Origin: Schmidtea polychroa
Taxonomy: Eukaryota
DNA: 64,000 bases
Direction: 5' to 3'
NCBI GenBank assembly: GCA_044892525.1
Contig: CM097887.1
Location: 80,082,397-80,146,396 of the forward strand
Shown: in pieces, positions 13,401-26,746 of the stretch
Position numbering within the stretch: the stretch's first letter is position 1
Layout of the letters: every line of letters starts with the position of its first letter
Notes under the pieces: generated by a model
Seen by the model: the letters and a program-made list of their open reading frames with translations, nothing else
Told to the model about the DNA's origin: nothing
The model's database searches: none
Program-made: the position numbers and the translations under genes

Positions 13401-16267
13401 CTTTTATAACTACATCACTAATATCTTTCCCAGTTGTTTTTGCTGATAACGAAACTAGTGAAAGCAATTCCTCAACTCTTTTTTCTCCTTTAGCATAAGG
13501 AGCAATTATGGACAAGCGAGCTGAAGATGTTACGTCGGTACTTTCATCAAGACATATAGAAAATAGCTTTGCAGAAAGTATATCATTATTTTTTTTAATA
13601 TTAATATTTTTATGCATTTTTAATATCCTGTCTTTAACAGTATTTCGACTTATACTTAATTCTTCAATGCGCTTAAGTATCTGCTCTTTATTTTGAAAAT
13701 CTTCAAATAAATGTAGTGCACATTTAATGAAAGCTTCCTTAATATAATCTCCATCACTAAATGGTTTGCTATGAGTAGCAATAGTCTTTGAAACCTCGAA
13801 ACTAGAAGCTACGAAATAATTTGTACGTTTCAAAAATGTAGTGAATGAGCTCGATTGTAAATTTTTGTTTTTAACTTCACGTCCAATATATTCTTTTTGT
13901 TCTAAATCACATTTTGATAAAAGAAATGAATGAGTAGTTTCATAATGATGTTTTACTGAGGATGTTCTGCACACTACTGTACGTCCACACAACGCACACA
14001 GGGCATTGTTTTCGCTTTTCATCCTTCCATATTTATCAGTCCACCAATCTTGAAACGGTCTGTTAGAGTTGGATTCTGTTATCATTTTCTTATTTTCTGA
14101 CATTCTAAAGTTGAAATATGTATATTATTTATTTATAATTAAAATCGTTAGTGAATTACCCTTTTAAATCAATTATATTATTTGTTCTCAAAAAATATAA
14201 ATATGTATTTATTCTATAAGCAAAAAATAATATAGTAAAATATGATAACACAACTTTCTATCGCACTTACAAAGTATCAACTGTACTGAATTAGTGAATA
14301 TGAAATGAATTGTGCAAATATCCATATTCATATGTATATATTTGAAAATCCAAAGCATACTATGTTCAAATAAAAACAATAACCGTCTAAAAATTGTTAA
14401 CACATTTTTTATATATAAAATCACGTGTACATATTTGTACATACACAAATAATATAATTACATATCTTATAGCTGTTGGTTACTTAGGGGTGTGTCATTT
14501 TTACACTTTAGAATACGTTAAGGGTAATCATAATCGTTCGACTCTTTCCTAAGCACCTCCATGACTATTGCAATTTAAATCATTTGTGTACCCATGGCGA
14601 CGACCATGTTGGTACTGTACACAAAGGTGAAAAAACAATGAACATGTGAGCTCTTTTGCTAAAACTACTCCCCATTGTATTTTCTTTTCGGGTTCTAGAC
14701 TGCCGATAGAAGGTCTTACATCATTATTCACTATGTATGCTGTTTTTAGATTATTTGTGGTCCTCAATTATGGGTATTTCCAATTATTCTCTTATAAAAT
14801 TTTGCGCAGGGATTCGCCCTTATTTTCCATCTAATAATTACTGTTCTATACTTCCTATAATATCCAAATTATCCTTCAAAAAATTTGAGCAGGGATTGGC
14901 CCTTATTTCCAAGTTAATCCACACTTCCCACAATATTTAAATTATTCTTCAAAAAATTTGCGCAGGGATCTGCCTGTATTTCTAAGTCAAACCGATTTCC
15001 AACTAAAAAATACTTACGGAGACCGATCAGGGGAGAAGCCTCCTCGCTATGGCCCGATCAATCCGTGTGAATCTGAAAAGCCAGCTGACCTACTCGCACT
15101 AGGAACAACTAGTGTCCCTTAAGCTGTGGCTTACTGGATCTCAGCTTCACTGTAACTATTTTTCATAAATAATAAGCCTAACAATTGAACAATAAAATTA
15201 TTATCCAAAACTTAAAAATTAAATGTAAATTAAACAATTAAACAACTAAACTAAATTGAATATAAAATTACCCAGTCCAATCCACGATGGTATAAAATCG
15301 AAAATTGAGAGCATATGTTCACTACCTGACAAACGATTTATTATGTAAATCTGAAAACTAGTTTAACAAGTTGAATAACTGAAATCTCAATCCGTATTTA
15401 TACTGATTGAATTGTACGCCTACGCATTCTCTGCTACTATATCCAATTAGAATGCGAGGCAATTCTGATTAATTTTTGCATGCATGCGTGAATGTGTGCA
15501 ATTGTTTATTTTTAATTTAATTAATCAAAATTCTATTTTTTATTAATTTTTAAGATTTATTTTTATAATTCTATAATTTAAATAGTTTTTGCTAATTTTA
15601 ATTTAGTTTTACAAGTTTTTATAATTTAAATAAGTTTAGTTAACTTTATTTTAGTTTCGTTGATTTAAACAATCTGGTTTCATAAATTTTATAATTCATC
15701 TAATTTTTCTGCTTTTATTCTCTTTTTTATCATTTTATCAGTTTAATAGATATTTTATTTTAAATTTATTTATTTAACAATTTTTCATATTATTAATTAA
15801 TTTATTATCTATTATTTTATTATTATTTTATTTTTTTGTTGTTAGCTATTCCGAATGCGATATTTCTCCTAACTGTGTTAGTGATCGCGACCTTTTTTTG
15901 CGTTCCTTTATTTTATTACCCGGTATTATTTATCATCAATGTGTTATGTACTTTAATTTGTATTGATTAGTGTTCTAATTTAACTTGGTGCGATTTTTTT
16001 GTTATATATTTTTGATTCATTAAAACAAGCTCTCAATTCTCGGTTCTAGCGTTGAAATAAAATCACCAGAAATCTGTGAAAACTCTTAATTTTGTTTTTT
16101 AAATATCATGTTTTTGCATTGAATTTGAATTGAGTTCACAATTTTTTTCAAAATCGAAAAGGATTTTGTGTTAGTTAGTGTATGAAAAACGAAAGATATT
16201 ATACGTACCAACGAAAATTTATCTGCGTGCCACTCTGGGCACGCGTGCCACAGGTTCACCATCCCTG
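10475..16267 (-). mobile_element. Full-length hAT (Charlie/SPIN-like) transposon with very long internal inverted arms
   Basis: Terminal CAGGGATGGCGAAC / GTTCACCATCCCTG, perfect 8-bp TSD ACCTATAC (10467-10474, 16268-16275); central transposase; arms ~10475-12155 and ~14474-16267 are diverged inverted copies. Confidence 0.93.
12191..14103 (-). CDS. hAT transposase (GTF2IRD2/EPM2AIP1-like), one frameshift in a T8 run at 12481-12488
   Basis: CLDESTD, SITTDGAPSM, HCIIHQQVLC, VRWLSRG in ORF 12475-14103; dimerisation motif FSSTYSCESLFS..RNRLTDE in ORF 12191-12454; one extra base in the homopolymer joins them into about 637 aa. Confidence 0.88.
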
Positions 16268-16479
16268 ACCTATACTCTTTATTGCCAACGTGTCGACACT
16301 ACTAACATTTATTGAAGAGAACAGAACACACTTAGACCAAATGATATCAGAAAGACATAATAACTTCATATAAAATTAAATAAAATATCGAGAAATATAC
16401 ATTAAAGAAAAATTTCTTTTAAATTTTATTATATTTCATCTTATTTATAATACAAGTTAATTTTCCTTGATTTTACTGA

Positions 16480-18742
16480 TGCAAATTTATCAATTAGCTC
16501 ATCAAAATAATTTTTTCCGTTGCCTTACGTTCAATACTTAATAATGCGAGATTACTCACCCTATCTTGTCCCATTAATGCTCTTAAATAGGATAAAATTA
16601 ATTTAAGCTTACTGAATGAACGTTCACAACTGGCAATCGAGATTCAAATTGTAAGTAGAATTTGAAGAGACGTTCTCAAACTGGGGAAAATATCATCTCC
16701 ATATGACACAATAAATTTTAGAAGATCCAATGAATTTGTTGGTTGTGCATCTTTTCGGCTCATCAAAAGCATTCTGCAATCTATAATGTCATTAAACGAC
16801 TCTTCACCACTAACATCAGTATTATAGAAGTTACTAAAATATGTGCAACTTTCTTTTAAGCCCTCAACACTCTCATTACGTAAAAGATTTTTAACATCTA
16901 ATAAAAATTCAAATTTTGAATTTAAATTGTAAAGAGCTTCAAATCGACTGTTCATTTCTTGTATTAATTTGTCAATGATGCTTTTTAACACACGATCGAG
17001 CTCTTGAATTGCCGTTAGACCACTATCAGAAGCTTTTTCTCCTATCCTTTTTTTTACTCGACGAATTCTTCTCATAATTTGAATGTCCCATTCTGTACAT
17101 TTTTCTTGAGCAAATTCTATAGCAGCTGCACATAAATATTCACGCGTTTCAATAAAAGTTTCTTTAAGTCCATCTAAATCAAGCTCTACGTCAAAAAAAT
17201 TCATTTTCGGATCTTGTAATCTTTTTTGAACTCGATCAATTTTGTTCAAAACATTATACCAAAAATGAATCAAACCAAGAAAATTAAAATTTAAAAAATT
17301 TTGTAAAATGATTTGCGCTTCGTTTCTTGTTTCTGTTGTTTGATTGGAGTTTTCAGAAAGTTCTTCATCAATGATTTAATTGAGTTGCAAAAAAATTATT
17401 TTTACAGCTTCAGATCTTGCACTCCATCTTGTGGTTGTTTCACATTTCAAAGTTAATTGTATAGCATTTTTTAATTTTTGCCATCGTAAAGTAGAACGTG
17501 GAAAAAAGCAAAAATTCTCTCAATAGAGCCAAAAAATGTCATTACAATTGGATCAGTTGCATCTGAATGTAGTCCAGCCAGATTAAGACTATGATTGTTG
17601 CAATTTATAAATAAAGCGCGATGATTCAAATTACAAATTCTCTTTTGAAGACCAGAAATACGCCCTTTCATAACTGCTGCGTTATCGTAGCATTGAGAAC
17701 GACAATTTGAGATATCTAAATTATCCAATTTTAATGAATTAATAATTGTCATTTCAAGTGTTTCAGTATCTTTTGCTTTTAGTTCTATAAATCCAAGAAA
17801 TGTTTCCTTAATTTCAACATTTTTATTTTCAAAATCAATGTCGACATAACGAATTACTTTTGCTAATTGTTCACGATGTTGTAAATCAGGAGTGGGATCA
17901 TAGACCATCCCAAAATATTTACTTTTTCTAATGTTGTTGAGCAAATCATTCTTCACTGTCGTTGCAAGTAATGAAATAAATTCTTTTTGAATAGCTGGTG
18001 ATAAATAAGATGGAGATCCAAGATTCTTGCGGCAATTCTCTAAATGCGATGATAAAACTGAATCAAATTGAGACAATAATTCAACCAGACTCAAAAAATT
18101 TCCTTCATTATGCATGTTTGCATCACTTAATGTTTCAATATGCCCTCGTAATCCTAAATTTTGAAATGCCAGATATTTAATGCCGATAAAAAGCGTTTTA
18201 ATATATCTCTCCATCGATTTCGTTCTGACTGAATTTGTGGCTCTAAATTCACATCAATTCCAACACATGCATTTAAGCTTCGTTCAGTTTCCTTCCAAAT
18301 TGAAAATAAGTTACGATGTACTGCACTATTTTCATGATCTTGAACCACGCGATACAATTTCTTTGAAAACATTGTGAGAGATTTTTGGCTGAATTGAATC
18401 AAAATCAATAAATCCCATATCATGATGTTTTAATACGTTGGGTATATCAATATTTTGAGACTTTGAACTTTCAATATACTCGACTATCTCAATATCTTTC
18501 ACACTATTTATATCACTATCTTTTTCACTTTTCATGTCAGAATCGTTTTCAAAACTATGAGTTTCATCAATATCAAGCATTTCATCATTTGATTCATTTT
18601 GAATTGTATTAAAATTATTATTACCATTCATATTAGTCTTTTTAAGAAAACTTTTCATCAGTTGACTTGATTTTCTTGCATCTTCCTCCAAAACTTTTTG
18701 TCTTTTACGACGTTGAAATCCACTGGGTTTATTTCCTGACAT
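16480..18742 (-). mobile_element. Decayed hAT transposase of ZMYM1/DUF4371 type
   Basis: Frameshifted fragments: MSGNKPSGFQRRK (18742), HENSAVH..W, LAFQNLGLRGH, YLSPAIQKEFI, DPTPDLQHREQL, SQCYDNAAVMKG, FINCNNHSLNL, TTRWSAR (~17420), FPSLRTSLQILLTI followed by ASCERSFSKLKLI. Confidence 0.85.
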
Positions 18743-20215
18743 TTTGCTTTGTTAAAACTTTTATTAATTTAAACACTAATTAAAAATAAAATAATAAAAA
18801 TTCTTAATAAATATTCAATTTTCACTCATAATTATATTTTCACTAATAAATTTACAAATATTTAATCACACTTACAGTAATGAATTAAAAATATGATAAA
18901 AATTTACCACTTTTTAAGAATTTATTTAAGAATTTATTTAAGATAAAAATAAATTAATTCTCATTTATTTTTTTTTATAATAATATTTTTATTAGAAGTT
19001 TGAATTTCTTATGAAACGAATATTTTTAATGAAAGAAAAATGCATGCGTAAATTCAAAGTTTAAGGTTCAAATCTTAGGGTGGACAAGGCAAGAAATCCG
19101 TTAAAATTCAAAAGAGAACAATGGAAAATAAAAAGCGCGCCAAAAGATACAATAGTTTCGACAGATGTCGGTAAAATTATTTTTCCCGTATCCACCATAA
19201 GGTTCAAATCTTACAAATTTATAAAAAAAATAAAATTGTTTTTTTTTCTTTAAATATTTATTATAAAAAACATTTGACAAAACAAAAAAAAAATCCTTAG
19301 AGCTCTATTTTATATAATAATTATTAGAGGTGTATAAATTTTGTTACTTTTTATTGTGCAAACAATTTTAATCACATAAGGCTTATGTATGTATATATCA
19401 GTTATTAGTTTATTTTATATCTAAATATATTAAGTATAAAAATTAAATATTTTATCGATTTTGTGAATTTTCATATGGTTTATTTTCAGGACCCTGTAAA
19501 TAGTGAAATTTGAAATAGAGGTTAACAGTACTGTGGTATCAAAAATCAATCAAATTATTGCAAATCCAAATACATATTTAAACGATAAGGGACCTAAATT
19601 TTCATTTTAACAGATAAATTTTGATATGTCATTAAAAGCAGTTCTATAACTTATAATGAACTTATTTTGAAATTATGTGAACTGTTTAAATAAATTGTAA
19701 AAATACTTCTCTCTTAATGAATTAGGTGAAATAATTCAAATAAAAATCTACTTGGAAGTCATCATCACATTTTTTATCCCAAGAAATTTAAAAAGACTAT
19801 GTGAAAAAAAAGTTTATATAAATTTTTTTTTAACAATTTCACACTTAAAATCAGAATTTATGAATTTCTTATTCAAAATGGCCAAAAAAATGCTATTGAA
19901 AATTGATAAAGCTACATTTTATTTTTAATTTATGTTAACATTTAATTAACAATTTTATTTTGAAAATATCGTAAATATTGTGAAAATAATTAAAGTTAAG
20001 AGATTTTATTCAATTAAATTATAAAATAATCGAAAATGATTTTAAAAAATTTTAAGTAATTTTTTCATTAAACTATAATAAAATAATTTAGAATAATTAT
20101 ATATTAAATTCAAGTAACATTTAATATATTATTATTTTATCCAATAAAAATATTGAGAAATCATTAAATTAGAATTGAGAATTCATTTACTTATCAAATT
20201 ATAAACCAATTAAAA

Positions 20216-21769
20216 ATGAATAAATCTAGTAATATTTGCATCATTTGCCTTGATAATGATCAACTGGATGAATATGCGATTGTTTTACCGTGTCGACATA
20301 GATTTTGTTGGCTGTGTATTAAAAAATGGATAACCGAGAATCCCTGCTGTCCATTGGATCGTTCTGATATAAGCAATATATTGAATTATAACAATTCCAT
20401 CGATCCTGTTCAATCTGTAACCGTTCAAGACATTCTCATTGACCATATTTCAAAAAGCATACAAATATTATTCAAAAATAATGTACCAATAATTATTAAT
20501 TTATTCGAAAAATTTGTAATCAGTTCTAAGAAATTCATTACAATTGTTCAATTACTAAAAAAATTTAAAGAGAAATTTACAGAAAGCAATTTTCAGAGAA
20601 TTTTATTCTCCAATTCCTTCAAATCAAGACAATTATTCAAAATATTTTCCATGAACTACTCTAACATTACAAGAGAATACAAATATGACTGGCAAAGCAT
20701 CAATGAGTACCTAAACAATCAAACTGAAGCATTCCAGAACATTTATAATAGTCTTGTTGAAAATTATAGGAAATATTTAGAAGAGAGATCAGAATTCCAC
20801 GAGTACTCTAAATTGATAAAACGTTTCATTTTTTGTTACGAATGTTTCGATACAATAAACATCATATTTCATGAGAATGCAGAATCTTTTAGTTTTCTTA
20901 ATTATAGATTGCATTTTAATTACCCTCGTAAATTGATTAACAAATATTGTTTGAAATACACTGGTGAGGATATTGAAAATCTTGTTAAAGAGATCCCGAT
21001 TATCCAATTCAATATGGATATAGTCCATACGTTTATTCAAAATCTGTCCAATAAAGATGTTGAACACATTGAATCTGATTTGCTCAGTGAATGCAAAATA
21101 TGCGAGAAGAAGAACCAATCAGCATTGATCGAATTTGTGTGTAGCGATTGCATATCAAAATATTCCATCAGGAAGTTGATTTTTAACGATAGCGATTTAT
21201 CAGTAGTAAATATCGCAGATAAATCAATATTAGAATTTATTAAATCAGAAATTATTAGTTCAATAGAAATTATTATGGAATTAACTTTAAATTGTCTGGA
21301 AATAATCAAGACCAATGTACATGATTTGTGCAAACCTGTTGATCTTAGATTTGTAAATATTTCCAATCAAACCTTTGATACCGAATTAAGGTTCCATTTT
21401 ATGAGTTTTAAGTCGATTAAAAGTTACCTCAATTTGATCTCTCAATTATTTCTTGAAAATATTCAACTCATACAATCAACTGAGCAAGAACTTCCAATTT
21501 ATTCAAGTTTTTTAAATGAACTTGAAGATTGTTATAATTCAATAATTAATTCTGTTCTTCTGAAATTGAGAAATTTAGAAGTGAAAATTGTCGAAAGAGA
21601 AATGATTATTGAAAGTGACTATGTGGAAATTGAGAATATTGAGAGAGATCTACAAGAAATAGTTCTAGATTTAAAAGTTATTTTAACAGATATCGAACTA
21701 AATGTTGTAGAAATCTCTACAAATAATATTTTACAAATTCTTTTGAAAACGACAAATTATTTTTTATAA
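20216..21769 (+). CDS. Intronless RING-finger protein (putative E3 ligase), 517 aa
   Basis: N-terminal CIIC-x12-CRH-x2-CWLC-x10-CPLD RING; internal CKIC..CSDC pair; acidic, helical/coiled C-terminus; long open frame in very AT-rich context. Confidence 0.8.
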   Translation: MNKSSNICIICLDNDQLDEYAIVLPCRHRFCWLCIKKWITENPCCPLDRSDISNILNYNNSIDPVQSVTVQDILIDHISKSIQILFKNNVPIIINLFEKFVISSKKFITIVQLLKKFKEKFTESNFQRILFSNSFKSRQLFKIFSMNYSNITREYKYDWQSINEYLNNQTEAFQNIYNSLVENYRKYLEERSEFHEYSKLIKRFIFCYECFDTINIIFHENAESFSFLNYRLHFNYPRKLINKYCLKYTGEDIENLVKEIPIIQFNMDIVHTFIQNLSNKDVEHIESDLLSECKICEKKNQSALIEFVCSDCISKYSIRKLIFNDSDLSVVNIADKSILEFIKSEIISSIEIIMELTLNCLEIIKTNVHDLCKPVDLRFVNISNQTFDTELRFHFMSFKSIKSYLNLISQLFLENIQLIQSTEQELPIYSSFLNELEDCYNSIINSVLLKLRNLEVKIVEREMIIESDYVEIENIERDLQEIVLDLKVILTDIELNVVEISTNNILQILLKTTNYFL

Positions 21770-22023
21770 ATATATTTTATTATTTTTATTTTTATTATTA
21801 TTAATAATATTAATATAATAATTATTATTATGAAAATAATTATGAAAATAATTAAAAATTATTCAGCTGTAGTTGAAAATAATTTCCATGTTTTTCTGAT
21901 ATTAAATTTTGAAAATTTATGATTTATTTTATGTTCTTTGATATTAAATTCTTAATTTCATCTGTCGCCCATGGCCGTGGAAGTCTTATAAATAAAGAAA
22001 TCATAATTTGGAAAGTCAAAAAA

Positions 22024-25000
22024 ATGATTCTAAATCTAAGAAGTTACGGATTACTTTTATTTCTGTTTTGTTACCATCTGGTGAATTGTCGTAAATATAT
22101 TTTGTTCCTTGTTTTTTAATGTTAAACTGTTATAGAAAATGTTAATTTGGCTTTATCGAAACCTACATACACGGTTCCATTGGACGACCCGACCATAACT
22201 CCTGTTATGATGAATGACGGCGTTGTGGACTCTAACTGTGCGTTGTTTTACGGACAGATGATGTACGTAATAATAGATTTGCAAGTTGTCACTCAAGTCA
22301 ACTCAATAAAAGTTTATAATACTTTTTACGAAGGTGACTTTGTTATTGTTTTAATATTGAAACTTTTATTATAATCACAAATTAGCATATTACTTGTCGC
22401 TGTTTGAGTTGTCCGTGACGAACAATTGGCGATCGTGCAATGCCGAAAATTTATACTCAACCCCAGCTTGTTCTGGTTCAGTGATTCCGACATCCACAAA
22501 AAATTTAATGATGTTTAACACTACTGGTTCGTGTTCTGGCAGATTTGTCATTTTCAGATTGAAAACTATTTCCAATTCGATGTGGTTTAAGATTTGTGAG
22601 TTTCAAGTTTATGGAGTTCCGACTACAAATTTGGCGCCTATAGATGAAGGAAGTACTTGCCAGCCATTTCCAGCAAGTAATATCTGATTCTTTTGTCATT
22701 TGTATATAAAAATTTTCATCAATTTTCATAACAAATTTGACTGCTATTTTAATCTACTTACTATTGATAGTAGTTAATCACGTTTTACAGCGAGTAAATC
22801 GCTTACAAATCAAGCCGTATACGAAACTTATATGTACATTCTAATAACGAAAGTGTGAAAAGATTTAAATAATTCATTTGATGTTTCTAATTCAAAACAA
22901 AAACACCTTTTTCTTTTATTATAAAGCTTTATAAAAATGAGAAATTTAATGAACTAATCGCAAATTTTATACTATAAATACTATATAATCAAACTATATA
23001 AATACTAATATAATCAAACATTAAATATTTAATAATAATAATTAAAATATAAAATTAACATAATAATATTAAAATAATAATATTAAATGTCAAGGTCACA
23101 CTTATAAATGAAAAATTATAGAAGTTAATAAGTTAATAATAAATAATTAATAATAAAAATAATAAATAATGAACTTTATTCTTAATTTTAATTTATTATA
23201 TTTTAAATTTAAATTTTTTTTTATGTTTATATTTTCATATTCAGTTGATAAATTTATAAATGTATTTTTATTTTATTAATCAAATTTTATTGAAATTTTA
23301 TCGAATTATCAGTAAAAGACTTGTATTATTTTTTATCATTGAACTTTGTTTCACTTTCTTTTTTCCTTATTTTTTTCAATATTTATGTTGAATATAATGT
23401 GAAATAGTGATATTTAGTTAGAAAAGAAATGAAGACGAAGGAAATTTCCTTAAAATATTTTTTGTTTTCCTTTAATATAATTCTTGATTCAATGACGTCT
23501 GTTGATTGTATATTAACACATTTTAATAGATGCGCTCAAACAATGTTGGAAAAACCCAAGACAAAAAAGAATTAATAAAGAAATTTAATTTAAAGAGGCT
23601 TCCTGTTATTTTTAATGTTATTAATTATATATGGAAATAAATGATTTCAAATCATCTTATTTGTATAAAAACTTTCAATATTAACTGACGTTCTGGTTTT
23701 AAAAAAAGTGTTCTAATTTGTAAATTAATAAAAAAAAGTCATATTTTGTATAATGCCCCAAATATTTATTATACAAATGCATTTTTTTCAACTCTCATCC
23801 CCCTAAAAAAATTGTCTGCTTGGTAAAAAAAATATTTTTGGCCCCCTGGAAAAATTTCTGTGGACGCGCATGCTATGATGGATTATGGTTGGATGAAAGA
23901 ATAAACGAAACATCTTATTTTTGATTTATAATTTGATGCAGGTAGCAACATACTTCTCAATAAACCAATTTACTTATCCAATGAATATTATCAAGAAAAC
24001 CTAAATGATGGAGTGTACGAAAGCTCTGACGTATGGACGTATTGCTATTACTCCTCATTCGACATGGAGCAAAGTGTATTGATAGACATGAAAGACACCT
24101 ATAAGTTAAGTCTTTTTAGAATTTGGAACAGTTTAGATATTTACCAATGTAAGAAATTCTGTTTAAACAATGAAAATTGACTTTAAATTAATTAGACGGA
24201 ACTGACTATTCGATCAATGTATCAGTCGGGACCACTTTTAAGATTGAGACTATGAATAGTGATTTACAAAACTTTACTCCGATTAAAACAAATGCCAAAA
24301 TTGTCGGTCCAACAATAGAAGCTAACCTGACGAATCAAAATGTTATTGGCCGATATATTTATATAGAAAGCCAAAATAATAACAATGATTATTTTACTCT
24401 CTGTGAAGTGGAAGCGACTGGAACTTTATATGCCGGCTCTCCAAAACCCGTCATTCTCTCCCAGCCGGTTCCAGATATAACAGCATCAAATCTGGTAAGC
24501 TTACTTTTTAAAAATTCACAAATAATTTTACTTTCTGATCTTTTCTTTCATTTTAGACGATGGCCCCAGCAATTCGGTCTGGCGTATTGAAAGTATTAAT
24601 TGACGCATACAGCAGTGGCGTTCTTTTTACCAAAAACTGTGAACCGGTTCTTTGGGATAGCGACTCATATTCTTCATTTGCTATTTCCTGCAAATATTAT
24701 TCCGGGAGAGTCATGTTATTTGGGAAATCAGACTTCTTTGGATCTCTGTTAAATAATCCTGTCAACTCTGCTTTTAAGTCCAACGTATATAAATTTCTGT
24801 CTCCATATGGATTGAAAGCCAAGGTTATAAGCCAAGTAAACATTAATTCTTCATCCATAGGGAACATTGTGTTCATGGATATATCTAAATCAATTTCATC
24901 ACAACTACAAACAATTCTTTTGTCGAAATTGAAGAATGGATATGTCTCTCTTGTTCTAGAAACGACTTATTGGGCTGAATTATTCTATACATATTACCGT

Positions 25001-26746
25001 CCAAATTATGATTTTATACTTAAAGAATTATCGGTTGATTTTAACACTAGCACCATTTCATCAGTCTCGAAATATATTGTCCTTACTAATAATGACTATA
25101 ATAGCATGTTTATTAATACAGAATGGAGTCTTCAACGAATACTAATGAATGACACTCAATTTCTTACATATGGAGAAAGGTTATTTACCATGCTTAACAA
25201 TTTTCAGAGTTACATGGTCAATTCAAGCTTGATAACCCCTTATCTCGTATCTATTTATCATAAATACTTTGCATTCATAGAATACAACTGTCCTTCTACC
25301 ATGGTACCTCTACCTTTGGGAACTATGCAGACCTATTTCTTTACATTCAACCAGTTACTTTTGAGCCCGTTACTAGTAAACAGTGGATTCAAATCTCCAT
25401 GTGTCAGTTATTATCCCGGAGATTTCTCGAATAATGCCAACATCATTAAGATAAATCCATCTTTGTCAATTACTGGAACTATTGCTGGAGAGTATCATTC
25501 AACCGGTCTATATTTAGCAGCTGGAGATACTCTTCAATACACCGTCATTAATCAAACCGGATGTTGGGATGTTTCAGTGGGTTGTCAAAAGGTTGGACTG
25601 AGTCCTGCTAGGAATGTTAGAGATATATATCGAATGCCTTACATTTCTCTCAATAAATTATGCATTGGAAGTTCAGGAAGTGTGTTTTCCCCTTTTGGGG
25701 GTTTAATATGGATTCGTAATCAACAAGCAAATTCATCCATAAATATTCAAATAACGAATGTTGTCCAAAGTCCATTTTTTAATTTATTAGACCCTAATGG
25801 TAGATCTATTTGGGAAAGTACTAGAACTACTAGTCAAGGACTATACGCTGAACTTCAGGGGAATCATATATCTATTTGCGTTCCAAGTGAGGTGGTGCGA
25901 AATTACAGTTTTGATTACTTGGTTAACCTTTTCAATACTTACTGGGATAGAATATTCCACATAAACAGTCAAATGATAGTCAAGGATTCTCTTCAAATTA
26001 AGAAAAACAGAATTGTTTTTGACATACAAACACCATATTATGCAGTGTTAAGTGGATATCCCATAATATTGACCTCTAACTTTTATAATGACACCTTCAA
26101 TATCAATTATATTTCTACCGTAGGATCCTGGGGCGTTCTCCATGAAATTGGACATACATTCCAGGAAAGTATTATGTTTTTCACAGGTGCTAAAGAGGTA
26201 ACAGTAAACATTTTTGTTCTTTTCAATTATGACACTATATGGAGCTGGAATGTAACAAATCCAAACTCAAGGTTACTTAGTTCAACAAGCATTGAAACTG
26301 CCGGAAATATTCTATCTCAAACGGTTGACTATAGCCTGTGGCAATCCGATAATTTCTTTGCTCTTGAAATCTTTGGAGAGTTTGCCTATCAGTTTGGTTG
26401 GGGCTTTTACCAACAATTTTTCAATATAATGCGAAATCAAGCTGCTTTGCCAACCGCCAATCAAGACATAATTGACTTTTATGCTCTCAAATTTTCATCT
26501 TTATTAAATTTAAATGTGAAGCCCGTCTTTGATTTCTGGGGTCTCCCAGTCAGTACCAATGCATCGAATTCTTTATCAAATCTAGTTTGCTTCTTTCCGG
26601 CTGATAAATTTGTTAATATCAGTCCTGTGAGGGTCGCACTGATTCTAGCAACATACAATAATGCATGTGTCAAAACTTCGCAATCATTCTGGAGTTTTCC
26701 ATTCCAACCACCAGTTGCAAGGCCTAATGATATCGTGACATTTTAA
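22024..26746 (+). CDS. Signal peptide + two F-type-lectin/discoidin-like domains + TCAF-like/M60 zinc metallopeptidase, 1083 aa, 6 exons
   Basis: join(22024..22090,22136..22333,22386..22676,23942..24148,24196..24494,24557..26746), GT-AG and frame-consistent (3252 nt). Hydrophobic N-terminus GLLLFLFCYHLVNC; NLALSKP..MNDG..C..IDL..KICEFQVYG and NILLNKP..NDG..C..IDM..GRYIYI..TLCEVEATG; M60 motifs HSTGLYLAAG, SPFGGLI, WGVLHEIGH, KEVTVNI. Confidence 0.85.
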
